DNA from: an uncultured Veillonellaceae bacterium
GTDB taxonomy: Bacteria; Bacillota; Negativicutes; JARBTT01
Length of the DNA: 64,000 bases
Assembly: GCA_963805085.1 (NCBI GenBank)
Contig: CAWDTA010000002.1
Location: 1,152,001 to 1,216,000, forward strand
Direction of reading: 5' to 3'
Shown: one piece after another, positions 18,995 through 29,640 of the stretch
Numbering within the stretch: position 1 is the stretch's first letter
Layout: each line of letters begins with the position of its first letter
Position numbers and translations under genes: made by a program
The notes under the pieces: generated by a model
Databases searched by the model: none
What the model saw: only the letters and a program-made list of their open reading frames with translations
What the model was told of the DNA's origin: nothing

Positions 18995-21900
18995 CTAATG
19001 AGAAGTGAAGATTTTTTTTAACTTATTTATAACACTAACTTTTAATTTTTTATTTATACGGTCAATAACAATAAATAAGACAGGAATTAAAAACACTCCG
19101 AGTGAAGTTGCTGCAAACATACCGCCAACAACAGCTGTCCCCATGGAGACTCTTGATCCTGCTCCGGCGCCGGTAGCAAGAGCTAAAGGAATACAGCCAA
19201 TAATAAAAGCCAGTGATGTCATTAAAATTGGTCGTAAACGTATTTTAGCTGCTTCAATTACTGCTTGTAATGGGTTCATCCCGTTATCAACTCTTAATTT
19301 AGCGAATTCTACAATTAAAATAGCATTTTTAGCCGCTAGGCCAATCAGCATAATTAAGCCAATCTGCATATAAATATCGTTTTCTATGTGGCGTAAATAC
19401 TGAGATAAAAAGGCGCCAAAGATACCTATGGGAACACAAAGAATAATTACAAATGGTATACTCCAACTCTCGTATAAAGCTGCTAAACATAGAAATACAA
19501 ACAATAGAGAAAAAGCGAACAAAACAGGTGCTTTACCACCAGAAATTTTTTCTTCACGACTCTGATCTGACCATTCATAACTGAATTGGGCAGGTAGCGT
19601 TTGTGCGGCAACTTCTTCTAATGCCTGCATCGCTTGTCCAGAACTGTAGCCAGGGGCAGGATTACCGCTCAGTTGGATGGCGCGATATCCGTTGAAGCGC
19701 TGAATGACAGCAGGACCGCTAGTAAATGTTGGCTTGACTAAAGTATTAAGTGGCACCATTACCCCATCGCTACTCTCAACATAAAAGAAACGGATATCCT
19801 CTGCGTTGTTTCTGAACTGTGATTCAGCTTGCATTATAACTTTAAAGGTTCTACCAAAATCATTGAAGTCATTCACTTGATAACCACCAAGAAAGACTTT
19901 TAATGCGCTATATATGTCAGTTAATGAAACTTTTAAAGTTTTGGCTTTTTCCCGATCTACTTCATACTTATAAAGTGGCGTATCAATCCGGAAAGTCGAA
20001 TTAACGTTACCGATTTCAGGTCGATTTTTAGCGGTAGCAATAAATTTTTGGGAAATCTGATTGAGTTCGTCATCAGAACTGCTCTCCATGTCTTCAAGCA
20101 TCAGTGTAAATCCGCCACGAGAACCAATACCCGGTAAAGAAGGGGCGTTAAAAGATTGAATGCTAGCCTCTGGAACATTTTTGCTTTTAGCGGCAACCTG
20201 TTGGATTATTTGGCTAACCTGCAAATCAGGTGTTTCGCGCTCACCCCATGATTTAAGGCGTGTATAGAGTAAGGCTGTGTTTGGCTTGCTTGCACCAGAT
20301 ACAAAGTCAGTACCATTAATAACAAGTACGTCTTGAACTCCTGGAATAGACCGCACTTCGTCAGCTACTTTATCTGCTACAGCGCGGGTACGCTTCATGT
20401 TTGTTGCTTCGGGCAAAGTAACGGCAATGGTAAAGAAACCTTGATCTTCCGAAGGGACAAAAGAAGAAGGAACCATATGAAATAGTGCGCCAGATAAAAT
20501 TACCAAGACTGCCAATAAAACCATACACATTCTTGCCTTTTTCGTAACTTTATTTAGCCCTTGGCCGTAGTTTTCAATTAGTTGATCGAACCAAGTGTTG
20601 AATTTTTCAAACCATAGCCCGAGTTTGCCAGTGTGTGCATTTGGATTATGTGGTTTAAGCAATAAGACACAAAGAGCCGGTGTTAAGGATAAAGCTACTA
20701 TAGCAGATAAGCCCATGGATACAGCGATCGTTAAGGCAAACTGCCGATATAAAATGCCGGAAGTTCCGCCAAAAAAGGCCACGGGAATAAATACTGAAGC
20801 GAGTACAAAGGCAATTGCGACAACTGGTCCGGAGACTTCGTTCATTGCCTTTATGGTTGCTTCCTTTGGCGTAAGAGCGTTATAACGCAGGTGATGTTCA
20901 ACTGCTTCAATAACGACAATCGCATCATCGACAACCAAACCAATCGCTAGCACCATGGCAAACATGGTTAAAATATTAATAGAAAATCCTAAAATATAGA
21001 AGGAGCCCAATGTACCAACTAAAGATACCGGCACCGCTAGCATGGGAATCAATGTAGCACGCCAAGTTTGCAAGAAGATAAAAACAACTACCATTACTAG
21101 TAAGAGTGATTCGAGCAAAGTGATGAGTACTTCTTTCATGGATTCTTTTACAAATTCATTAAAATCAACGATTACCTTGTATTCCATATCGTTAGGAAAT
21201 TTTTTTGAAGCTTCATCAATAGTTTTTTGGCATTTTGCAATCGTTTCTAGAGCGTTTGCATCTGTTGTCAATTGAATTCTAAATGTTGCAGCTGGCTGAC
21301 CGTTAATATCGCTATTAGAAGTGTAACTTTTAGCGCCTAATTCTACTCTACCTACATCGCGAATGCGAATAAGCGAGCCATCTGTATTTTCTTTTATAAT
21401 TATGTTGGAAAATTCCTCGGGATTTAGTAAACGACCTTGTACAATGGCTGATATCTGTGATTCTTGGTCAGCAGGCGATGGTTCTCCGCCAATCGTTCCT
21501 GCTGGAGCTTGTGCATTTTGTTCGGTGATTGCATTGGCAATCGCTGTTGTCGTAATCCCTAAATGAGCCATTTTGTCAGGTTGCAGCCAAATTCTCATAG
21601 CAAAGTCGGAACCAGACTCTACAACATTCCCAACACCGGGAACTCGTTTCAACGCATCTACAAGATTAATGTCGCCATAATTTTTTAAAAAGGTGCCATC
21701 ATAGGTTCCGTTTGGAGACCACAAGGAAAAGACATAAGCTGTTGCTGGTGAAACCTTTCGGATGGTAAGACCCTCTTGGGTTACGGCGGTAGGAAGAGAT
21801 GCATTTGCTTGTGAGGCCCGATTTTGAGTTTGCACAGTTGCAATATCTGGATCTTGTCCTAATTCGAATTTGACATTTAGATTGTATGTACCGTCGTTAG

Positions 21901-22147
21901 CGCTGGTAGATAACATGGACACCATATTTTGCACGCCATTGACTTGCATTTCGATCAACTGAGCGACCGTTTGCTCCACGACTTTCGCATTGGCCGCCGA
22001 ATAGGTCGTCGAAACGTTAACTTGTGGCGGGGTAATTTGTGGATAGCGGGCTATTGGTAAATTCACTGCGGAAATTAATCCTATCAACGTTATAATAATT
22101 GATAACACAATAGCGAAAATTGGACGCTCAATAAAAAATTTAGCCAT
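18995..22147 (-). CDS. RND efflux permease (AcrB/HAE1 family)
   Basis: MAKFFIERPIFA, GLVVDDAIVVIE, AKNAILIVEFA, RLRPILMTSLAF. Confidence 0.95.
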   Translation of the reverse strand: MAKFFIERPIFAIVLSIIITLIGLISAVNLPIARYPQITPPQVNVSTTYSAANAKVVEQTVAQLIEMQVNGVQNMVSMLSTSANDGTYNLNVKFELGQDPDIATVQTQNRASQANASLPTAVTQEGLTIRKVSPATAYVFSLWSPNGTYDGTFLKNYGDINLVDALKRVPGVGNVVESGSDFAMRIWLQPDKMAHLGITTTAIANAITEQNAQAPAGTIGGEPSPADQESQISAIVQGRLLNPEEFSNIIIKENTDGSLIRIRDVGRVELGAKSYTSNSDINGQPAATFRIQLTTDANALETIAKCQKTIDEASKKFPNDMEYKVIVDFNEFVKESMKEVLITLLESLLLVMVVVFIFLQTWRATLIPMLAVPVSLVGTLGSFYILGFSINILTMFAMVLAIGLVVDDAIVVIEAVEHHLRYNALTPKEATIKAMNEVSGPVVAIAFVLASVFIPVAFFGGTSGILYRQFALTIAVSMGLSAIVALSLTPALCVLLLKPHNPNAHTGKLGLWFEKFNTWFDQLIENYGQGLNKVTKKARMCMVLLAVLVILSGALFHMVPSSFVPSEDQGFFTIAVTLPEATNMKRTRAVADKVADEVRSIPGVQDVLVINGTDFVSGASKPNTALLYTRLKSWGERETPDLQVSQIIQQVAAKSKNVPEASIQSFNAPSLPGIGSRGGFTLMLEDMESSSDDELNQISQKFIATAKNRPEIGNVNSTFRIDTPLYKYEVDREKAKTLKVSLTDIYSALKVFLGGYQVNDFNDFGRTFKVIMQAESQFRNNAEDIRFFYVESSDGVMVPLNTLVKPTFTSGPAVIQRFNGYRAIQLSGNPAPGYSSGQAMQALEEVAAQTLPAQFSYEWSDQSREEKISGGKAPVLFAFSLLFVFLCLAALYESWSIPFVIILCVPIGIFGAFLSQYLRHIENDIYMQIGLIMLIGLAAKNAILIVEFAKLRVDNGMNPLQAVIEAAKIRLRPILMTSLAFIIGCIPLALATGAGAGSRVSMGTAVVGGMFAATSLGVFLIPVLFIVIDRINKKLKVSVINKLKKIFTSH

Positions 22148-22447
22148 GAATCTTGTCTCCATTCTAATTCTGTCATTACTTCTTCAATTTTAATTCCAGA
22201 TGCTTCAACAAATTTGCTCACCTACGGATGCACAAAACACTATGTTTCATTTTCGTATACTTTAAGATTGAAATCTTCAAAAGCCTTTTTATCGTTTTCG
22301 ACAATTTCCTTGTTTTTTTTACACAATGAAACTACAATAAAAAAATAATAGCACAATGTGGCAATTACTACAATATTCGATCTACATGAATTGGGCTGTA
22401 GAAAAAAAAATAAGCCTAGAAGTTTTAGTGCTATATATATTTGTGTA

Positions 22448-22476
22448 TTGACAAATATAAAAAATTAAACTAAAAT
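22448..22476 (+). promoter_or_regulatory. Sigma-A promoter
   Basis: TTGACA-N17-TAAAAT. Confidence 0.85.
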
Positions 22477-22546
22477 CATAAACATATTAATCATATATGA
22501 ACAATATAGAATGTCAAAAATAAATAGTTTTGCTGATCAGAAAACT

Positions 22547-22595
22547 GAAGGCAGAAAAACAGGTAATTACTGTTTTTCTGCCTTCGTTTTTTTTT
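22547..22595 (+). terminator. Leader terminator (possible attenuator)
   Basis: 16-bp stem GAAGGCAGAAAAACAG / CTGTTTTTCTGCCTTC, then G and T9, located between the promoter and the first gene. Confidence 0.8.
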
Positions 22596-22650
22596 ACTGT
22601 ATTAAAGCCATAAGGATTCAATCAAAACAAAATAAATGGAGGAATTTCAT

Positions 22651-23646
22651 ATGACGCAGACAAAAAAAGAATTGGTGCAAGCGGCACTCAACAATCAACC
22701 AGTGGATCGTGTTCCGGTGGGGTTCTGGTTTCATTACTTGGCGGATGAGGTAAATTCAAATGCACTTATTGATCCGAATATCGCGAGGCAGAATCTCGAC
22801 GGCCATCGCGCGTTTTATGAACGGTTTCAGCCGGATTTTGTAAAACTGATGAGTGATGGTTATTTCATCTATCCAAATGAAGGATTACAAAAGGTAACCT
22901 CGGTGCAAGACCTTAAAAATCTTCGTCATCTTGGTCCTAAGCATCCGTGGATTGAAAGGCAGGTTGAACTTGTAAAGAATCTACAGGACATCTTTGGCGA
23001 TGAGGTACTGACGTTTTACAACATATTTGCGCCAGCTCGCTATCTTGAGTGGTCGTTGCCTACTTACGGAAAAAATATTCTCGGTGATTTTATCGCAGAG
23101 GATAAGGAAGCCTTTAAAGCAGCACTTGCTGTTGTGACCGAGGATGTGGCCTCCTTGGCAGAGAGGATTATCAAAGACGGCGGTGCCGATGGTATTTATT
23201 TTAGTGTTCAGAACATTGATGATAGTCGGGTTACGCACTCGGTATATAAAGATGTGATTGAGCCGGGTGAACAATCCGTTTTGGCGGTGGCCAATGAAGT
23301 GAGCGATAACAACATTCTCCATATCTGCGGTTACGAAGGGCATCACAATGATCTTAGCTGGTATGCGGATTACGCAGCCAAAGCCTATAACTGGGCGGCC
23401 AAGGTTGAAAATATATCACTTGAGGCAGGCAAAAAAATCTTTGGTGGTAAAGCCGTAATTGGCGGTTTTGGTAATACAAGAGAAGATGTATTATATAGCG
23501 GCACAGAGAAAAGCATTACGGACGAAACAGCAAGAATTCTGCAGGCTGCTGGCAGTACGGGCATCATTTTAGGAGCCGACTGCACAGTGCCGCGCGATAC
23601 CGATTTGAAACATCTGGAATGGGTGCGGCAGGTGGGGAAACACTGA
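22651..23646 (+). CDS. Uroporphyrinogen decarboxylase-family (URO-D/CIMS-like) protein
   Basis: DRVPVGFWFH, ILHICGY, ILGADCTVP; heads an amino-acid ABC operon. Confidence 0.85.
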   Translation: MTQTKKELVQAALNNQPVDRVPVGFWFHYLADEVNSNALIDPNIARQNLDGHRAFYERFQPDFVKLMSDGYFIYPNEGLQKVTSVQDLKNLRHLGPKHPWIERQVELVKNLQDIFGDEVLTFYNIFAPARYLEWSLPTYGKNILGDFIAEDKEAFKAALAVVTEDVASLAERIIKDGGADGIYFSVQNIDDSRVTHSVYKDVIEPGEQSVLAVANEVSDNNILHICGYEGHHNDLSWYADYAAKAYNWAAKVENISLEAGKKIFGGKAVIGGFGNTREDVLYSGTEKSITDETARILQAAGSTGIILGADCTVPRDTDLKHLEWVRQVGKH

Positions 23647-23696
23647 AGGTGAAGACAGCAGTGTACTACAATGATAAATAAAAGGAGAGAAGCATC

Positions 23697-24560
23697 ATGA
23701 ATTTCATAAAGGCAAAAAAAGCTTTTGGTATTATATTTACGGCAATTATCGCCATTGGGCTCGTCGGTTGCGGTGGTGAGAAGGCTGTGAAAGGAAATGA
23801 TGGCGGTCAGGGACCAAAGGTTGTCCGAGTTGCACATACGCAGACCTATGTACCTTATGATTTTGTTAATGATAAGGGCGAATCTGATGGTTTTGAAGTG
23901 CAGGTACTTAAAGAGGTGGCTAAACTTTTGCCACAGTATAAGTTTGAATTTGTGCCGACCTCCGATGACGATTTGCTGATTGGCGTGGAATCTGGTAAAT
24001 ACAATGTAGGCATCAAGGGGGCATGGTATACGGAGCAGCGCAAGGATAAGTTCATCTTCCCGAAAGAACCAGTCGGCGCGAGTATCATCGGTTTTGCCTT
24101 CCGTAAGGAAAATGCCGATCAAATAAAGGATATTGAGTCCTTTGCGAAATTTAGTGGTAAACTTGTGCCGATTGCACCGCAGAACGCGCAGTATGCTGTC
24201 ATCGAAAACTTTAACAAATCACATACTGATAAGCCAATCAAGCTTGTATCCTCAGAAGCATTCACCATTGCCGATGCTTATACCTGGGTCCTTGAAGGGC
24301 GCTACGACGCGTACCTTGATATTGATTTGAGTTATAAAAACAATGTTGAAAAAGAAAGTGGTGCCTACCACAATCTCGCTGATAAGCTCTCTTATGTACG
24401 CTATAAAGCTATCCCAACGTATCCGTTATTTAATAAAAAAGATCAACAGTTTGCTGATGACTATGACAAAGCTTACAAACAGTTAAAGGAAAGTGGCAAG
24501 ATTCTTGACCTCGAAAAGCAGTATTTCGGGGAAGATGTCTTCCAATATGTAAAAGATTAA
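23697..24560 (+). CDS. Polar amino-acid ABC substrate-binding lipoprotein
   Basis: Lipobox LVGC, PYDF..GFEV, SBP_bac_3-type motifs. Confidence 0.9.
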   Translation: MNFIKAKKAFGIIFTAIIAIGLVGCGGEKAVKGNDGGQGPKVVRVAHTQTYVPYDFVNDKGESDGFEVQVLKEVAKLLPQYKFEFVPTSDDDLLIGVESGKYNVGIKGAWYTEQRKDKFIFPKEPVGASIIGFAFRKENADQIKDIESFAKFSGKLVPIAPQNAQYAVIENFNKSHTDKPIKLVSSEAFTIADAYTWVLEGRYDAYLDIDLSYKNNVEKESGAYHNLADKLSYVRYKAIPTYPLFNKKDQQFADDYDKAYKQLKESGKILDLEKQYFGEDVFQYVKD

Positions 24561-24569
24561 AGTTGAGGA

Positions 24570-25277
24570 ATGATAGGAATGAGACCATTTAATCCGCAAT
24601 TTATCCTAGATGTCATACCGAATTTGCTACCGTTTTTATGGGTGACATTGGCGGTAGTGCTGGGAACTGTATTTTTCGGTTCACTCCTCGGTTTCGTGCT
24701 AGCACGGGCGAAACTGAGCCAGAAGCCGCGCTACCGTTGGTTGGCAGATGGCTATACATATATCATTCGCTGCACACCATCAATCGTGCTCCTATTCATC
24801 GTGTTTTACGGTCTGCCTAAGTTCTTCCTTGAAGTATGCGACACGGATATCAACGGCTACGACAAGATCTTCTTTGTTCTAGTGACGTTTACGCTACTAT
24901 TTGCGGCGCCGATATCCGAGGTCATGCGTTCAGCATATGAGGCGATTGACCACGGACAGTATGAAGCAGCAGTCAGCATCGGGCTTACGCCCCGGCAGGC
25001 ATTTTATCACATAGTTTTGCCACAGGCGACGGTCGTTGCCCTGCCGAACTTTGGTAATTCGGTGATCAATCTGATGAAAGAGGGATCGCTTGCCTATACG
25101 ATCGGACTGATTGATCTGATTGGTAAAGGTCAACTCATCATTTCGCAGAATTATGGAGCCTATGCTCTAGAAACGTATTTGGCATTGTCCTTTCTTTATC
25201 TGTTGCTTACGTTGGGCGTAGAAAAATCGTTTTTACGTTTAGAACATGCATTTTCCCGGCAGAAGAAAGTAGCCTAG
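24570..25277 (+). CDS. Amino-acid ABC permease
   Basis: IRCTPSIVLLF, GQYEAA..IGLT, LPQA. Confidence 0.92.
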   Translation: MIGMRPFNPQFILDVIPNLLPFLWVTLAVVLGTVFFGSLLGFVLARAKLSQKPRYRWLADGYTYIIRCTPSIVLLFIVFYGLPKFFLEVCDTDINGYDKIFFVLVTFTLLFAAPISEVMRSAYEAIDHGQYEAAVSIGLTPRQAFYHIVLPQATVVALPNFGNSVINLMKEGSLAYTIGLIDLIGKGQLIISQNYGAYALETYLALSFLYLLLTLGVEKSFLRLEHAFSRQKKVA

Positions 25278-25287
25278 GAGGCAGACT

Positions 25288-25998
25288 ATGGATATCGATT
25301 ATCAATTTTTAGTAAAGACATTTTATCTGGTGTTGTCGGCCGTACCGATGACGATTAACATCACGGCAGTATCACTCTTAATTGCCATGCCACTTGCGTT
25401 TTACTTGGCGGTACTCAGACTGCGTCCAGGAAAATACATTAGGCCCATCATCAGTGGCTATATTACCTTTGTGCGCGGCACGCCGATTGTTCTGCAAATT
25501 CTCATTATCTATAGTATCTTGCCGAGTCTCCTGAACAGTATAGCCAAAGGATTTGCATTACCAGTCAATGTATTTGAATGGAATCCAATCATGTATGCGT
25601 ACATTATTTTTTCGCTGAATACGACGGCGCTTTTGTGTGAGGTGTTTCGTTCGGCGCTTGGCAGTATAAATAAGGGGCAGTTAGAGGCAGCACTTTGTGC
25701 TGGCATGACGACCGTACAGGCCTATCGGCATATCATCATTCCGCAGGCACTGGTCGTTGCGATGCCCAATATATGTAATATAACAGTGAATCTCATCAAA
25801 GGAACTTCACTTGCGTTCTTGATGACGGTCAAGGACATGACCGCTGTCGCCAAGATCGCGGCGTCTTACGGCTACAATTACATTGAAGCGTATATGGATG
25901 TTTTTGTCGGTTATATCATTGTCTGCTCCGTCGTACAGGTCGCATTCGCTTTCGCGGAAAAACACGTCGGAAAGTTTCGTCTCATCAAGCAAAAGTAG
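25288..25998 (+). CDS. Amino-acid ABC permease
   Basis: [25 protein letters not shown]. Confidence 0.92.
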   Translation: MDIDYQFLVKTFYLVLSAVPMTINITAVSLLIAMPLAFYLAVLRLRPGKYIRPIISGYITFVRGTPIVLQILIIYSILPSLLNSIAKGFALPVNVFEWNPIMYAYIIFSLNTTALLCEVFRSALGSINKGQLEAALCAGMTTVQAYRHIIIPQALVVAMPNICNITVNLIKGTSLAFLMTVKDMTAVAKIAASYGYNYIEAYMDVFVGYIIVCSVVQVAFAFAEKHVGKFRLIKQK

Positions 25999-26006
25999 GT
26001 GTAAAT

Positions 26007-26759
26007 ATGTTAAAGATCACGAATGTCCATAAAAAATACAACGATAATGAAGTCCTGAAAGGTGTCGATATCACTGTTGATAAAGGAGATGTCGTTGTTA
26101 TCCTCGGACCGAGCGGTTCAGGCAAGACAACGCTGCTGCGGTGTATAAACTTTCTTGACCATGCCGATCAAGGCGAGATGGAATTCGATGAATACCATCT
26201 GCAGCTAAACAGTGCATCGACCAATGAAGTGAGAAAAATCCGTCAGAAAACAGCATTCGTCTTTCAAAATTATAATTTATTCCAAAATAAAACGGTGTTA
26301 GAAAATGTTACGGCAGGGCTCATTATCGGTCGCAATATGGAAAAGAAGGAAGCAGTAGACCTCGCACAAAAGGCACTTGCTAAAGTAGGTCTAGCTGATC
26401 GCGCCGACTTTTATCCCACGCAACTTTCTGGGGGACAGCAGCAACGTGTCGGCATTGCAAGAGCGATTGCTGTACAGCCGGATGTTATCTTGTTCGATGA
26501 GCCGACATCGGCACTTGATCCCGAGCTTATCGGCGAAGTGCTAGGTATTATCAAGCAGCTCGCCAAGGAAGGAACGACGATGGTCATTGTAACGCATGAA
26601 ATGAAGTTTGCTGCCGATGTGGCTACGCACGTCATCTTTATGGCTGATGGGAATATCATTGAAGAGGGGCCGCCGAAAGATATATTTCAGCGGCCTAAAG
26701 AAGAGCGCACGCGAAACTTTTTGCGTCGTATCCTGCCGCAGGTGGAATACAATATTTGA
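26007..26759 (+). CDS. Amino-acid ABC ATP-binding protein
   Basis: [29 protein letters not shown]. Confidence 0.95.
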   Translation: MLKITNVHKKYNDNEVLKGVDITVDKGDVVVILGPSGSGKTTLLRCINFLDHADQGEMEFDEYHLQLNSASTNEVRKIRQKTAFVFQNYNLFQNKTVLENVTAGLIIGRNMEKKEAVDLAQKALAKVGLADRADFYPTQLSGGQQQRVGIARAIAVQPDVILFDEPTSALDPELIGEVLGIIKQLAKEGTTMVIVTHEMKFAADVATHVIFMADGNIIEEGPPKDIFQRPKEERTRNFLRRILPQVEYNI

Positions 26760-26968
26760 ACCGCTGTAACGCTTTCGCGGCGCAGGGGAAAAGTGCAAAG
26801 AAATGCTAATTTTTTTGGTAAATATATAGTGCGAAATCAAAATGCCAATCAACTAACTTTATGTTATTTGTATTGGCATTTTTTATTTATTAGATGTGTT
26901 GAGGTTTATCTTAGAATAAGCCTTATTTATTTGCAATAGAAGACAAAAAATATATAGAATATCTCATC

Positions 26969-27020
26969 TGTAAATAAAGGACATATCTTTTTGACAGATA
27001 GAATGTTAATGATATATAAT
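26969..27020 (+). promoter_or_regulatory. Promoter with degenerate mannan-locus operator
   Basis: TGTAAATAAAGGACATATCTTTTTGACA, then TATAAT at 27015-20 (18-bp spacer). Confidence 0.65.
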
Positions 27021-27227
27021 TCTAAATAAAAATGAATATGTTCTTCTGGAAATAAATACCTAATAAAAGAAGATATTACTTCTAATTTTCAAATATAGTT
27101 GTAAAGAAAATATCGCAATGACGCGTCACATTGGTTTAAATTCTATATGCACTTCAATGTGTTTATTTGCTATTGACGCTACAATAAGAACTATTAAAAG
27201 ATATATGATGAAGGAGAAAATGCAATT

Positions 27228-27941
27228 ATGGTTAAATATCGAGAAATTGCCAAAGATTTGCGAGATAAAATATTAAATAAACTATATTTGCCAGGGGTGC
27301 AGCTTCCTCAGGAAAAGGAAATGTGCCGCACTTATAATGTTAGCCGTATTACGATAAAAAAAGCGGTAGATGAATTGGTTAATGCAGGGCTTGTGATCAA
27401 GCGACGAGGAGCTGGAACTTTTATAAAGTCAGTAAATGATGATGCGGTGAAGGAACTTAGTATGGTACAGCAATTTACTGGTTTTACAGAATCGAATCAA
27501 GGGAAAAGTATCTTTTCGGAGATTATTAGGTTTGAGATAGTTCATCCTTCGGCTGAAGTTGCGGATAAATTGCAAATTGACAAAGACGGTTTTGTTTATG
27601 ATATTATTCGTGCTCGTTATGCGGATAAAGAACCGTTTGTTGTAGAATATACCCAGATGCCATTGGATATCATCCCGGGATTAAAACGTGATGTTTTATT
27701 CGATTCTATTTACCGCTATATTCAAAGTGGATTAAAATTAAAGATTCAGTCTGCGCATCGTGCAATACGAGCAATGTGGCCAAATGAGATAGAACAAAAA
27801 TATTTGAAAATAGATACTAGTTTTCCTATGCTAGAGGTGGAGCAAGTTGCTTATTTGGACGATGGCCGTGCATTTGAGCATTCTATTTCACGACATCGTA
27901 GTGATAAGATTATTTTTAAAACTTTGAGTATCAGAGCTTAA
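27228..27941 (+). CDS. GntR/HutC-family regulator (GmuR-like, UTRA), paralogue 1
   Basis: VSRITIKKAVDELV..RRGAGTF winged HTH plus UTRA domain. Confidence 0.92.
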   Translation: MVKYREIAKDLRDKILNKLYLPGVQLPQEKEMCRTYNVSRITIKKAVDELVNAGLVIKRRGAGTFIKSVNDDAVKELSMVQQFTGFTESNQGKSIFSEIIRFEIVHPSAEVADKLQIDKDGFVYDIIRARYADKEPFVVEYTQMPLDIIPGLKRDVLFDSIYRYIQSGLKLKIQSAHRAIRAMWPNEIEQKYLKIDTSFPMLEVEQVAYLDDGRAFEHSISRHRSDKIIFKTLSIRA

Positions 27942-28057
27942 TTCATAATATTCAGAGACTAGAATGACAATCTACGCGTTTGTACATGATCGTCAAAAGG
28001 ATATTAGACTATCAGCTCTTCGCGGTATGATCTTGATTTATCAAAGTAAGTCCTAAT

Positions 28058-28108
28058 AAAAAAACAGTCATTGAGTGTCTATATTTCCTCAATGACTGTT
28101 TTTTTTTT
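28058..28108. terminator. Bidirectional terminator
   Basis: AAAAAAACAGTCATTGAG / CTCAATGACTGTTTTTTT between convergent genes. Confidence 0.85.
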
Positions 28109-28222
28109 GTAATTCATATAAAAAGTAGCGTATTTTACAGTAGCTAATTTAAAGGTATAAATATCATCCTGTTAGTACAGTAGTGCAATTCAATAGTTTA
28201 TATTTGGGAATTAAATTTGGAA

Positions 28223-29575
28223 TTAGAAGGCGAAGATGAGATTCGAGAAGAAAGCTGTATGATGGGGATGATTCGCGTCATAGTTAGAGTCAATTGCCTT
28301 ACCGAAGAAGACATAGTTCTGCAACTGAATACTCTTCGTGAAGTGGTACCAGACGCTGGCCTCCATGCCCTTGCTGCCTGGTTTTTCACTGCCATTGACA
28401 ACGCTAGACATAATCAGGGCATCAGAGCCGAGGTAACGATAGCCGATGGATGAACCCCAGCGCTTGTCGGTTCCCCATGGACTGCCGTTGTAGACGAGCT
28501 TGAAATCATAGGCTTTGTTCTGATAGTCCTGGTTACCGTGAGAATAGAAGCCCACGAGATTGAGATTGTCGGCCAGCTTCTGACGGGCGTTGAGAGCGAT
28601 AATTCCCAGTCTACTGTCATCATAGGCATTCGGGGACTTCAGGCTGTAGTAGCCAAGGCCGGCAGAAGTCTTGGGCGTAAAAGTATGCTCAGCAGAAAAA
28701 CCATAGACACCAAGCGTATTGTCATCTTTATCGCTTCCGTCATTGTAGAAATCATAGCGATTGCCATGACGGATGAAGCCGTCCGACCAAGGAGAGGACA
28801 GATCAGCATTCTTTTCATACACTTTACCGGTATAGGCGCGAAGTGTAGTTTTACCAACATTGTAGTCAACCTCAACACCTTTGGTGCGGGCATTGCCAAC
28901 AACACCTTCCTGTAAGCTAGGGGTGAAGAGACCAATCGAGGCGTTGAGATCTTTACCGAGCGGGCCCTGGGCATAGAGTCGGTAAATCATGGCATTGACA
29001 TCTTTATTAGATGTGCCATAAAGATCAGAGAAGGATTCTTCCCCATTCCAGCCCTTGGTGTTGGTTCCCCATTTCCAGTCAAGACCGCTGTGGACTCCCC
29101 ATCCATCGCCGATATCGCTATCGACATTCAGGAACAGTTCTTTTTCCCACCAGGTATTGCCGCCTGTAATGCCTTTCATGGCCTTGTTGGCGAAGACGCC
29201 GCTAAATTTTACGTTGCCGGACTTCTTTTCAAGGTTCTGTATGCGGATGCCGAGAGAATTCAACTCATCGGAGAATTCATTAGACAGGCGCTGGATTAGA
29301 GCCTTGTCCTCTTCGCTGGCCTTTTCAGAATGCGTGCGGGCGCTGGCAATCATCTGTGCCATTTCATAGCGGGTGATTGCGCGGTCGCCGCGAAACGTGC
29401 CATCGCCATAGCCCGTGACAATACCGTCATTGGTCAGTTTGGTGACAGCGGCTACCGCCCAGTTATCCTTCGATACATCATAGTATAACTGATCAGCAGA
29501 TGCTGCAGATGCTGCACTTGCGCTGATGATGAGTGTGGATAAGACCGATAGAACAACTTTCTTTTTGTTTCTCAT
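28223..29575 (-). CDS. SLH-domain outer-membrane porin (OmpM/Mep45-like)
   Basis: Signal peptide, SLH domain (DVSKDNWA..GYGDGTFRGDRAITRYEMAQ), coiled coil, VKFSG start of a beta-barrel, C-terminal Phe. Confidence 0.88.
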   Translation of the reverse strand: MRNKKKVVLSVLSTLIISASAASAASADQLYYDVSKDNWAVAAVTKLTNDGIVTGYGDGTFRGDRAITRYEMAQMIASARTHSEKASEEDKALIQRLSNEFSDELNSLGIRIQNLEKKSGNVKFSGVFANKAMKGITGGNTWWEKELFLNVDSDIGDGWGVHSGLDWKWGTNTKGWNGEESFSDLYGTSNKDVNAMIYRLYAQGPLGKDLNASIGLFTPSLQEGVVGNARTKGVEVDYNVGKTTLRAYTGKVYEKNADLSSPWSDGFIRHGNRYDFYNDGSDKDDNTLGVYGFSAEHTFTPKTSAGLGYYSLKSPNAYDDSRLGIIALNARQKLADNLNLVGFYSHGNQDYQNKAYDFKLVYNGSPWGTDKRWGSSIGYRYLGSDALIMSSVVNGSEKPGSKGMEASVWYHFTKSIQLQNYVFFGKAIDSNYDANHPHHTAFFSNLIFAF

Positions 29576-29640
29576 AGTTCTTCCTCTCTCCCATTACTAT
29601 TTAAGTAAAACTTTAAAAAATAAAACTTTACTTAAATACG

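Noticed and set aside
22345-22402. Weak resemblance to the tRNA-Thr D-arm (TCTAC..TTGGGCTGTAG)
   Set aside because: No anticodon-arm or T-arm match
23385-24122. 245-aa antisense ORF across the URO-D and binding-protein genes
   Set aside because: Overlaps two well-supported genes on the opposite strand and has no recognisable motif
28198-29369. Several overlapping 67-125 aa ORFs in and antisense to the porin gene
   Set aside because: Shadow ORFs expected from the gene's higher GC content; no RBS or recognisable motifs
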